Source of the DNA: Phoronis australis
Lineage: Eukaryota > Animalia > Phoronida
Direction of reading: 5' to 3'
Assembly (NCBI GenBank): GCA_002633005.1
Contig: NMRA01000005.1
Span: 1,851,048 to 1,915,047, forward strand
DNA: 64,000 nucleotides
A program made the position numbers and the translations under genes. How positions within the stretch are numbered: the stretch's first letter is position 1; the number at the start of each line of letters is the position of its first letter. This document shows positions 14,701 through 24,600 of the stretch, one piece after another. The notes under the pieces are model-generated. The model saw nothing but the letters and a program-made list of their open reading frames with translations, was not told the origin of the DNA and ran no database searches.

Positions 14701-17700
14701 CTAGTTCCTTGTAACGCAGTTCAAAGTTGATGTAAGAATGCCAAGCCTGTTCCTCCGGCTGCCACTCCATCCACCTCTCAAACACCTGGCGAGCACCTGT
14801 AACACACCACAGTATTATTAATACATTGTCAACACTGAACTACAGTCACGTTACCATGCAATTGTCTGCAAAGCTGTCTACTTTGAACCTCGTCTTCTTA
14901 CTATTGAATGTATTCCTGTAAATGAGCTTAGATAGGCTCATTTGTTTATATGTGATGCTGCGCCTATATTCAGAATAAATGCAACAAAAAAAAAAACAAA
15001 GTAGATTATGGAAGTGAAACATTACTTCTCCACTATAAATTCACGTGTATTTAATTTGCAATTAATTATGAAATGAAAAGAACGGCCAAAAAACACACGA
15101 TGAACATGCAGTTTATGAAATGCCCAAAAACATAGAATATCTGTCTGTAACTTAAGTGAATCTAAAGTGCATGTACCTGCATGGCAAACACATCGGATTT
15201 AGACACATGGACTTAAATACACAAATTCTTGGACATGAAAATACAACAAATGTTGATATGAAAGACGAACTCCAATTCACTACTTGCACGAATTCACCAT
15301 TATGCTTGAAAACAAGGTGCTGATACCAAACTACAAATGGTTCTGCATGTTTGGAACACGCGTGCTTTGATGTTTGGGTTGATGAAATTGATGCTAAAAC
15401 AAGGCATTTTGTCCTAACAGTAACACGCAACACTGTCTTTTTACAGCGCCACCAAAGTGCGCAGGTAGTGAATAGAGACACATTAATAAAAATTACCTTA
15501 CATTGCTAAGCAACTTTCCTGCTTCAGAACACAGAACCGACGCCAAACATCACTGGCTTTTCTTTCTAAGACAAGGTACATAACTCCACGTTAGAAGGCA
15601 AGCTATGACTGGGTTTGAGATCTCTAATCATAGTAAATTTATTTTTGCTAACACCACTTTACTTCATAATAGATATAACCATTACTACTGACCAGCAACA
15701 TTCTGTAACATCTCTTCCATATACGTGTATTTGTACCAGAACTGATTGGCCCTCGGAAGTATAGTCACTGCTCTGTCCCAAATGTTGCGTGCATGGTTCA
15801 CCTGCCGGTTCCTAAAATGTACAGTTTAAGTATGACATAACATACCACAAAATCTCCCACACCAGGCAGGTCCTGAAATTAAGGATTTTAAAATAACAAC
15901 AAACACAAACACTTTCCCCAATAATTTAAGTTACAAACTCCTAATAAGTAGTGTTAGTTCACTTTCTTTAACACAACCCTAAGCTTTATGATTTGTATAA
16001 AACATGAGAACCAGCTGAAATGCATATCACGACTTGTCCTGAAAATTTCACGATTGAAAAGATATCGCAGACATATTTTACAAATAGAAGGAAATCATGT
16101 CTCACAATAATACTAAAGGAATATCTCAGTCACCAAATGAGGACATACCAACTAATCAAATAACATTGACAATAACACAACATATGAATAAATACATGTT
16201 AATCAAATCACTAATTTAGACGCATTACTTACTTCATTTCCATTTCAGCATACTTCAACCAGACTGTAATGTTGCGATGGTCCACATCCAGGGCTCTCTC
16301 ATACACTGACCGTGCCCTGTGAAGAGAAACACGTAAGGTTAAGAACTACAAAGCCTTTCTCAAGTGGAAGGTGCCTGCACTATGAATCACATTACAACAC
16401 AGTGAAAATATTCAAAACATTGAAACAAATAATTGCAGTATATTTTATGACCAAACTGAAATAACGTTGAAGAAGCAGAAACATGTAAAAGCAAGAAGCC
16501 ATCATTACCTCTGTATTTCTTTCTGACTCTCTTCCCATTGAGCATACTTGATCCAGTTGGTCATTACAGACCTGCTCTTGCGGATATCATCTTCAAATCC
16601 CTTTAAAGACACAGTCATCTTTGTATCAGTCAAACAACAGCCACATTACAACAGTATTTAAATGAATCAAATATAAAACTTGAAACAGAAGCCATCATGT
16701 CACAACGCAGAAAGCACTTAACAAAAGCATTGTATAGCCTGTCATCTATGAAACACGGGCAAACAACAACCATCTCTGCATGGCTTGGATAACAACATGT
16801 TAACATTGAAAGAAGACCGAGCTGAATTAGTGTCCATAAAAAGTAATATCTTGTAGCCAATTCATCACACATCCACTACTGTTCTATAAGTCTGTAACAA
16901 AGGAAAAGTTGCATGAAGCACTAGTTCAAACAAATTCAGTAGATTGTTAAACTTTAAATCAAATTGAAATGAATGTGGCAGAGTTTGGGATTTTAATACG
17001 GCAAAGTGGTGTACGACATTATACTACCACAATACAAATGATCCATCACTCAGTAGACAGAGCTGGTTCCCTAGAAAACCAATCACTACACATTCAGCAC
17101 TGACTGATCAACAAGATGGCATTCAAAAATACACTGAGCTCTATGACAGGTCACAAAGCATAAAGTCAATGCTCTAGGTATCTATTAGGTCATGAACTGC
17201 ATCATGTTGACGTATCTTTTCAAGTCTAAGTGAGACACCCCATGTAATGTGCTGACGTACCTTGCGCTTGCGCAGCCTGTAGGCCTTGAGTTCCTCCTCA
17301 TCGGTGATCTTCTGCTGAGGTGGCTTCTCCATCAACTCCAGCTCCCTCTCCTTAGCCTCTCGCAGCAACTGCTCTGCAGTGATCTGGATTGGAGCTGGCA
17401 TTTTGTTCTTTACCTGTAAACACAATTAAACAAAATTTGACATTTCACATTACTATTGTGGTCATAACTCAGTTTTGGGGGCACCATTCTGCCTATGAAA
17501 AATATTTAAAAATCATGTGCAATACCTTTCATCAGACCCCAAAGAATGCCCTCAAAATTAGTTTTGGTCCCTTGAGGCACTACCAACAAAGGGTGGTGAA
17601 TGGAAATTGGTGGTGAAGCCGAAGGGGGGGGATGATACAATTGTTTTTTCAAATGTGAAGCATACGGGCACCGCTAGTAGGTGCTTCATACGCCAGAAGC

Positions 17701-19575
17701 TTTTCGTTGAATTATGCCTCACACTGATTAAAACATCAGTGTCATGTTGTTATGAATACCTTTTGCGCATAGAGGGACACCTTAGGAGGCCGTCGATGTA
17801 TTTAAGTCCTTCCAACTCGAGCAAATACTTCCTTTATCAAACTTTTTCTTCAAGCAGTCCCTCATTCAGTTCCCAAAATTGGTAGCTTGCCATTTTTACA
17901 CTGCGCACTATATAATACTACAGGGTATGACACTCGGGACTACAGTCAAGTGACCTAATTATCAGACGTTTTGGCACTCTTTACATTATATTTAATTGAA
18001 AATACTTCGGATTGTTGTTTTCTTTGCTGAAATAAAGACTTACCTTTATGGAATTGTTCTGTTACTATATCTTGTCACTGAAAGCCACATTTATGTTCTG
18101 ACTGATCTTTAAAAAGTACAACTAGCAAACCTTCGGAGAACCTAAATATCGGACACCACATTTCCCCATACGCCACTCAGCGGAAAACTGACTAACCAAG
18201 TAATGGCCGCGGGCATCTTGTAGCCAAATTTCAGCTCGAGTGTTTGACATATATGCTGCTAAAACACAGCTCAATTCGCAGAACAATAATCCATAACATG
18301 AAATCTGATGACAGCACCAAGTCATTCTGATGAATCAGTGCAGACGACTAAAGTAAAGCACGTGCAAACTCAGTGAAGTTTTTAGTATCTCCTTGCTTTC
18401 TTGATATGACACAGGCACGTGCGCGGCCGGGTTGTGACTTAAGTTTAAAGACAAATGATAAAATGAAACTGTGACATATTGTCAGTTCAATGAGGTGATT
18501 TCATTGTGTAAAAAGATTTTGTTTTCAACTTTTATAACCGATTTATGCGATCGTCCATTATTGGCCGACTGGAGGGTCTAAAATGCACTGTCTCTCTCTC
18601 GGTGAAATCAAAATGAGGCAATGCTACAAAAAATGAGACAGTGTCGAACATTGAATGCATTATATCGGAACAAAAATTTGTGTCATTTATTTCTCAGATT
18701 TTACTTCAAGTAAGACTTTATGTAATGTCCGATATTTAGGGTCTGTACGATAATTAGGTACACAATGTGTAGAAATTCACAGGTGCTTCACTTCAGCCGT
18801 CCATAACAAACACAAAACTCAATAAATTTACAAAAAACAGAGGTTCAACAAACCATGAGGAATTGTTCTTTCTCCCAATACCATTTACAGTGTCTTGCGT
18901 CACCCAGTTCGCAAAAAATTCGGGGTCAAAGCACAAAAATCTTCCCAAAAGCCCGTTCGGAGCAACTCCCATGTTAATTGAAGGCCAAGGACGATACGGA
19001 ATTTTCCAATGAGCTACCAATGAACGGCAATTGCCGATTTTTCACGATTTTGTAACTCCGTGACAAATCGGCAATTGCCGTTCATCCGTAACTCATCGGA
19101 AAATTCCGTATCGTCCTTGGCCTTCCATTAACATGGGAGTTGCTCCGAACGGGCTTTTTGGGAAGATTTTTGTGCTTTGACCGCGAATTTCTTGCGAACT
19201 GGGTGACGTGCGCAGCCGCAGGACACCGTAAATGGTCATTGGGAGAAAGAACAATTCCTCATGGTTTGTTGAACCACTGCTTTTTGTAAATTTATTGAGT
19301 TTTGTGATTTCTATGGACAGCTATAGTGAAGCACCCGTGGAATTTCTAGTCCAGAGTGTCATACCTTGTACTATTACATAGTGTATTGGGGACAATCAGA
19401 AGCTGAGGATGCCTGTGATCGAGAACAGATAAACTCAAAGCCAAGCGCCTGTGGTTCTCAAGCCCAGGGCAAATTACAAGAGAGTGAAGAACCAATAATT
19501 AACGAAATTGTACAGCACCTTAGCAACTTTAGGGATAGTCTTCCGCTTCCCGTCAGCAGGCGGATCGTCCATCAT
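5716..19575 (-). CDS. CRNKL1: Crooked neck-like pre-mRNA splicing factor (HAT/TPR-repeat, Prp19/NTC complex; Clf1/Syf3 orthologue), complete, 15 coding exons, 683 aa
   Basis: Exons in transcription order: 19519-19575, 17261-17413, 16509-16600, 16233-16316, 15693-15811, 14674-14796, 13614-13792, 12765-12926, 12049-12177, 10624-10836, 9946-10092, 8991-9185, 6854-7009, 6365-6457, 5716-5865. Total 2052 nt with all phases compatible. All introns are GT-AG except intron 6 (AT-AC). Translation starts [45 protein letters not shown], contains [73 protein letters not shown] and [15 protein letters not shown], and ends [31 protein letters not shown]...TTES*. These are hallmark Crn segments. Confidence 0.97.
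8867..8983. repeat. 55-bp tandem duplication (about 2.1 copies) adjoining the CRNKL1 exon 12 donor
   Basis: CAATGTGCTTGCCTT(A/G)ACC(C/T)TTATTAGCATACA(A/G)AGGTCAAGATATTGCACCTTT starts at 8867 and 8922, with a partial copy at 8977. Confidence 0.85.
13793..14673 (-). other. U12-type (minor spliceosome) AT-AC intron, CRNKL1 intron 6 (881 nt)
   Basis: Minus strand reads GAA CGA T|ATATCCTTG ... CTCCTTAACTATGTTCAC|TT GTA CTC GTC CAT CCA. This gives a U11-type 5' site ATATCCTT, a U12 branch point TCCTTAAC at 13802-13809 about 10 nt from the terminal AC, and splicing restores the conserved ERFVLVHP. Confidence 0.95.
14371..14597. mobile_element. TTAA-flanked MITE (Kolobok- or piggyBac-like) inside the U12 intron
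   Basis: Imperfect TIRs of about 37 bp, TTAAAGCTGCATTTGACCCTGTTTAGCTGGCTAAAAA and TTTTTAGCCGGCTAAAAAGGGTGAAACGTAGTTTTAA. A related fragment lies near 54363-54435. Confidence 0.6.
18770..19348. mobile_element. Foldback-type MITE / long near-perfect palindrome (about 580 bp) in CRNKL1 intron 1
   Basis: The left arm TAGAAATTCACAGGTGCTTCAC...GGCAATTGCCGATTTTTCACG is the reverse complement of the right arm CGTGACAAATCGGCAATTGCC...GTGAAGCACCCGTGGAATTTCTA. Arms are about 280 bp, with a loop of about 12 nt near 19050 and TA at both ends (possible TSD). Confidence 0.85.
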
Positions 19576-19942
19576 CTTGAAGGTTTTGATGGAACAACTC
19601 GCTAAGTATGAATATTCTCGGCAAACGTCGTCTTCAAAGATGGAGACCCAACAAGCGGCACCAAAGAACCTTTAAGTAAAAATATTTACTCTTGATAATC
19701 ATGTAGAATAATATCTTGTATATATTTTTAAAAATTAAAAAATGTATGATTTTTGTATTTAAAATATTAATATATATACATATTTAAATAATAATATATG
19801 TACTAACGTTTTATGGGTACGTCATGTGCTATAGAGCATCCGTTGCTAGGAAAGATTATGAACGAGCGCGAGTGAATCAAGAAAAGTTTTCTCCACAGAT
19901 AGCAGTTCTGGTTGACTTTAAAATAGAATAAAACACAACAAG
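19576..19942. promoter_or_regulatory. Putative bidirectional promoter region for CRNKL1 and CFAP61, including a candidate non-coding first exon of CFAP61 ending at 19942
   Basis: The CRNKL1 ATG at 19575 points left. A very AT-rich spacer occupies about 19680-19800, followed by an X-box-like motif and an AAG|GTTTGT donor at 19942/19943. The CFAP61 ATG exon begins with an acceptor (tttcag|aATG at 21674), which implies an upstream UTR exon. Transcription start sites are inferred. Confidence 0.55.
19842..19854 (+). promoter_or_regulatory. RFX X-box-like motif upstream of the ciliary gene CFAP61
   Basis: GTTGCTAGGAAAG has a strong GTTGCYAGG half-site and an imperfect second half, placed just before the candidate first exon. 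Confidence 0.5.
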
Positions 19943-20107
19943 GTTTGTTAATTGTACCACTTTTATCTATTCAAATGTAATTTATTTCCCAGAACAGCGA
20001 AACAGGTTGCTTTCAACTATGCAAAAAGTGCCTCTGTTTACCTCTGTTGTAGATGTGCTTCCGGTGAATTATATGAGCCTCTGTTAGCTACTCGCTAACG
20101 GGCAATT

Positions 20108-20177
20108 GCCTATTAGCTGAATGGTTAGCACGCTTGCCGGTTTTATGGGGGTCGCGGGTTCGATCCCCGAGTCGGGT
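20108..20177 (+). promoter_or_regulatory. tRNA-like module with internal Pol III promoter (A box and B box) in the 5' LTR
   Basis: A box TAGCTGAATGG at 20114-20124 within a D-arm-like stem GCTGA/TTAGC. B box GGTTCGATCCC at 20157-20167 within a T-arm CGGG-TTCGATC-CCCG. The anticodon arm does not pair well. Confidence 0.75.
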
Positions 20178-20501
20178 GTTCTCGGCTATTACTACAAATG
20201 GCGTAGTCGTCAAACGGATGATCTACCGATGAAGCACTGCCAACTACTGAACTAGTACCCACGGACTTCGGGACAGCGCGCGTGGAAGGTTCCAAGAGTC
20301 AAGGACCTGTATGAGAGACGACCTTGTGTTCACCTGTGTTGTGGTGGTAAAGGTACCAAGGGACGTTGATGACCTGTATGCGAGACATCCTGGTGTTCAC
20401 CTTCCTGTCGCGTGCACGTTCCGTAGGAAAGGGGGGAATGTTGTAGATGTGCTTCCGGTGAATTATATGAGCCTCTGTAAGCTACTCGCTAACGGGCAAT
20501 T

Positions 20502-20571
20502 GCCTATTAGCTGAATGGTTAGCACGCTTGCCGGTTTTATGGGGGTCGCGGGTTCGATCCCCGAGTCGGGC
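20502..20571 (+). promoter_or_regulatory. tRNA-like module with internal Pol III promoter in the 3' LTR (second copy)
   Basis: Same A and B boxes as the 5' copy; here the acceptor-like pairing GCCT/GGGC is slightly better. Confidence 0.75.
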
Positions 20572-20863
20572 GTTCTCGGCTATTACTACACCTCATTGCC
20601 TGGCTCAACACATGTCAAATTAGTTTCATTCTCAATCAACATAAATACAGCAATGGAATTAACCAGTCTTGTGAGATACTGGCTACATCAGTCAACTGGC
20701 CAACTTGTTCTTCTTTTATCTGGCCTAGCAAGTTGGGTTCAATGGAAGAACGCCGCAACAGGATTTTTCTTGCTCAAAGCAGCAATGAATTCTCCTTTGG
20801 CAGTCAAAAAATAACTTTTCACTTAGGCCAGTTTCTGGTATAAATTGATCTGAAATTGTTCCT

Positions 20864-21305
20864 TACCAGGGTTTTCTACAGATAAGCCCACCCGATAAAA
20901 CACCCATGGCTGTTTATTTGGAAAATTATGGCAAATAAATGCCCATAGGCATTTGTTTGGTTCTACAACTTCTGGTGTCAAGCGTCCAGATAGTGGGGTG
21001 TCTATTCAGAAAATTTCCTCTTAAAGGTCCTCACCCAGTTAATTTTTTGTCACAAATTCAGTTTTATGAAACATTTATCGTTTAGGAAATGAGCAAGGTG
21101 TTGGCGAACTATGCTTTTATTAACATAAAATTTGAAAACACAGTTTTAAGTAAGAAGTGTCATTTAGTAAAACTATGACTTTTCGCTTACACACCCCTCC
21201 TTTTCCGAATAAATGCCCGGGTGTTTATTTGGTATTACTAAAACACCTGAAAATTTTCATTTTCCCAATACACGCCCATGTGCTTATCTACAGAAAATTT
21301 CAGTA
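20864..21305. mobile_element. Degenerate TA-flanked MITE (pogo/Tc2-like)
   Basis: Imperfect ends TACCAGGGTTTTCTACAGATAAGC and GCTTATCTACAGAAAATTTCAGTA, with internal reiterated AATAAATGCCC / AAAACACCC motifs. Confidence 0.5.
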
Positions 21306-21674
21306 GCCAGATGAAATGTGGCTTTCGAAGAACTGACAGTTCAGTAATGCTTGACGCCACGACACGCTGTGGCAAGCCAACGGATCAAACCTGATACCAA
21401 GCAACAATGAACTGTCAGCTCTTTCCAAGCCCAGAAAACTTTTCTAAGAATAACTTAGTACCTAATTTATGCTGGTAAGTAGTCTAAACCAAAATTTTTT
21501 TGACACAAGACTAGCATTTATATCCACTTGATTCTTTTTTCAAAAACTGTGCTAATAGTTTGCAAGTATTTGATGGTGGCTGAAGGCTTGTTTGTGTGTT
21601 CATTGTGATGAAAACGTAATTTTAAAGATGGATTTATTTTGAATCGAGTTTAATTCCAAAGAACTGATTTCAGA

Positions 21675-24600
21675 ATGACTACACCGACATCAGTGTCCGA
21701 TGTGATTAATGCGAGGCGGACAGAGTCGTTAGATGCCCCAAGTATTCTCACTCTGGTACAACCACTCACTGAGCAACTCTTTGGCAAAGTGAATGTGGTC
21801 AATCTCATGTAAGATTTATTATGTTAATTTACACACCTTAAAAACTTCAGGTGCAATCTATGATAATTCAATTTTGACTTAGGATTTCAATTGTATACAC
21901 ATTGTGACATATTTAAATTCATTTGTTTCTTAAAATTTGAAATTGAGCTCCTGGCTTGTATTAGATTTGTTACTCTTAGAGCAAATCTTTACACAGGTGC
22001 GAGTATCATCTGACACATCATCTCTTATAATAACTGGCCCTACACACCTTTTCATTACCATTACTGTCAGCAGTAATGTAAAAGCAGTTTTTGTGATCCA
22101 GTTTAAAATATTTGAAGTTCACGAGGGATTTTTTGAATCTGATACCATGGAAATGGATATTGTAGTTATGACAATAACTCACTAACCAGCTGTTTTAGAA
22201 TTCTCTAACTTTCTTCAGCTTAGCAAGTCCTGGTCATGAAATAAAATGTGATATCAATTTGTGAATAGCTGATGCCTTCAACAGATAAATGCCTCATTGT
22301 TATTTGTTTATTTCAGTGAAAAAGCTGTGCTTGCTGTAACTCTGAGCAATGAACACAATGAGGTTCTTGGCCATGCTGCATTTTTCGACTACCCAAACTT
22401 GGACTGTGTGGACGAGGCCGATTGGGAAACGTGGTTAAAGAAGCACTACCCGGTGAACAATTGCTCACCGCTCAACACTCTGTTCCTTCACTACTTTGTT
22501 GCCAAGCCAGAGTACTCACATGGAGCTGCCAAGGAGATCATTCGCACAGCTTTTAATGCCGTGCCTGACCTGCATTTCATATACCTTATTGTCCCAAAAA
22601 ATACATATCCAGGTAATGGCTACTGTGGTTTTGTCATGCGTTGACAGAAAACAGATGTCTGTGTTTTTTGATAATTTAGTGACGGAATTCATGATCATTC
22701 TTCTGCATGATGTCTAGTAACTAATAACGTAATCCTGATAAATTCTACTTAAATGTCTGTTTTATTCCGTAGGGCACTTAAATTGAGAAACTCAAATATC
22801 AAGCTGGGTGTTAAGCTAAGCATGGGTATTGAATAAAATTTTTATTGAGAAATCGAGGAAGTGCGCTAACTTGAATGTTTGGGTTAACGCCCAGGGAGCT
22901 TAAATCCTGACTGGAGTCCACGTGCAAGAGTCAAATAAAATGTGGGTTAGGAAGTTATATATGTTTGGGAACTAAAACTCTCAGAAGACGGATACTTTTA
23001 AGGAAGTGTTGATTGTACTAGGTGGGGATTGGCCTTAAGCTAAGCATGCATGTTAAAAGCGCAAATATCCAAATTTCGGAGGTGGGCAGTAAGCTGAACT
23101 TTGAGCATTGATCCGGACAGGTATGGTATTGCAAATGAAGTTTTTGCTGATGCCAAATGCTTGGCTAGAAAATTAACGTTTTGAACTTTTCAAAACTGGC
23201 TTTATTTGATATTTCAACTTCAGAATCCGGAGAAAGTGAAACGTTTGACATTAGCAGTAAGTCAGAACACCCTAGCAGCACTGCACGGTCTGCTGTCAGC
23301 GTTTTTGTTTTGTTGACATTGAGGCTGGCACACACATTGTGTTGGACTAGCATCACTGCACATTCTGTTAGCTACCCATTTTAACTATAGCCACCCTGCT
23401 TTTGTTGATGTTAATTAACTGTTTGATACTGTGTTTACCCTATTGTGGTGATTGTGTCTTAATGTGTAAAAAATTGCCATTCTGAAAACCCCTACAGTGA
23501 TAAGTTGTCGAGTTGAAACAACTCAACGTTCATGTTGTGTATCTCTTAAAAATAATCAGCCTACTTCCCTCCTTTTATTCCTCATGAGAATTAACAAACA
23601 GTTGCAATTTAAAGCTTTCAGTTTGTGAATAAGCTCTGAGCATGTTCTATGTACGTCATTCAGGAGGAATTCTGGGTAAATGTAAATGAATAACTAGCAC
23701 TCAGACATTTCTTCCGTGCTATACAAGCAGTGAAGTCACCTGAAATGAGATAACTCACAAGCTTCTCTGGAAGGAGAGCACTAACAGTTTGTTTTTTTTT
23801 AATGTATGGTCCAACCTTGTTTTAATCTCACTGAAAGTTAACTGCTTGTAGACTCTGCCCTGGCTGATATGTTTTCTCAACTGAATAATCGTGCTAACGT
23901 GAAGGGACCAGACAACTGTGTGGTGTTTGCCTGTCACAGACATAGCCATGTACCTGTGCTGCATGTTAGAGATGCCAAGTAAGTAGGCCCAACAGACCAT
24001 TGCATCTGGTCACAATTCAAATTCTGTATGTTTGGATGCGGCGAAAGTGAGCAGTGATTAGATTCCAAACCTGAGCCAGATGTGTTTGTGGTTAGGTCAC
24101 ACGTGCTGCGCTGTAGGAGGCCCATGTGCTTCCCTTTTGAAAAATTACTTTTTAAATACACGAGGTGCTATAATCTGAAATCTGCTTTTATTGGCTATTG
24201 TGTCTCTTTAAAAGTATATTATTCCCCAGATATTTCCATTCTTTATCATCTCAGTTCATAAAATTTACAATAGGAACGAAGTGACTTGAAGATACTATGC
24301 AAATATTGAACTAGTCCCTGACATCAGTCTGTATTTCTCAATTCAACAATCTTGTTCATAGCAGCTGATTACAAGGACCTCTGTGCCTGGAGTCTCAAAA
24401 ATTGACCAATTGCACGGCCTCATCTGACTGAGTAGACTTGCAAGTTTTACTCAAATCATGCATTGTGATTAGTTCTGTTATTAAGCTTTGACTCTGAATT
24501 GAGTCGTGCTTCGAAGGTTATAGTCCCTGGTCTTGGCCGGAAAGGTATAGCATACCCACTCAACTTGAATTGCTTGTTAATTGCCAGTTATCTCATACAG

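Larger units (their letters stand above)
20045..20590 (+). mobile_element. Miniature non-autonomous LTR retrotransposon (TRIM) with tRNA-derived LTRs (Helenus-like), 546 bp
   Basis: Two 152-bp TG...CA direct repeats (20045-20196 and 20439-20590) with 2 mismatches. 4-bp TSD CCTC at 20041-20044 and 20591-20594. PBS TGGCGTAGTCG at 20199-20209, 2 nt after the 5' LTR. Polypurine tract AGGAAAGGGGGGAA abuts the 3' LTR. The 242-bp interior is non-coding. Confidence 0.93.

Noticed and set aside
20108-20177. Functional tRNA gene (two copies)
   Set aside because: The anticodon stem does not pair, the acceptor stem is partial, there is no downstream oligo-T terminator, and both copies are parts of LTRs. 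Reported as tRNA-derived promoter modules instead.
20311-20814. 67-aa and 99-aa ORFs in and after the TRIM as gag/pol remnants
   Set aside because: No gag, protease, RT or integrase motifs, and the second ORF runs out of the LTR into flanking DNA.
22766-23125. Another CCGTA/GGGTTAACGCCC-type MITE
   Set aside because: It shares the GGGTTAACGCCC motif with the 47.8-kb element, but matching TIRs and a TSD could not be defined.
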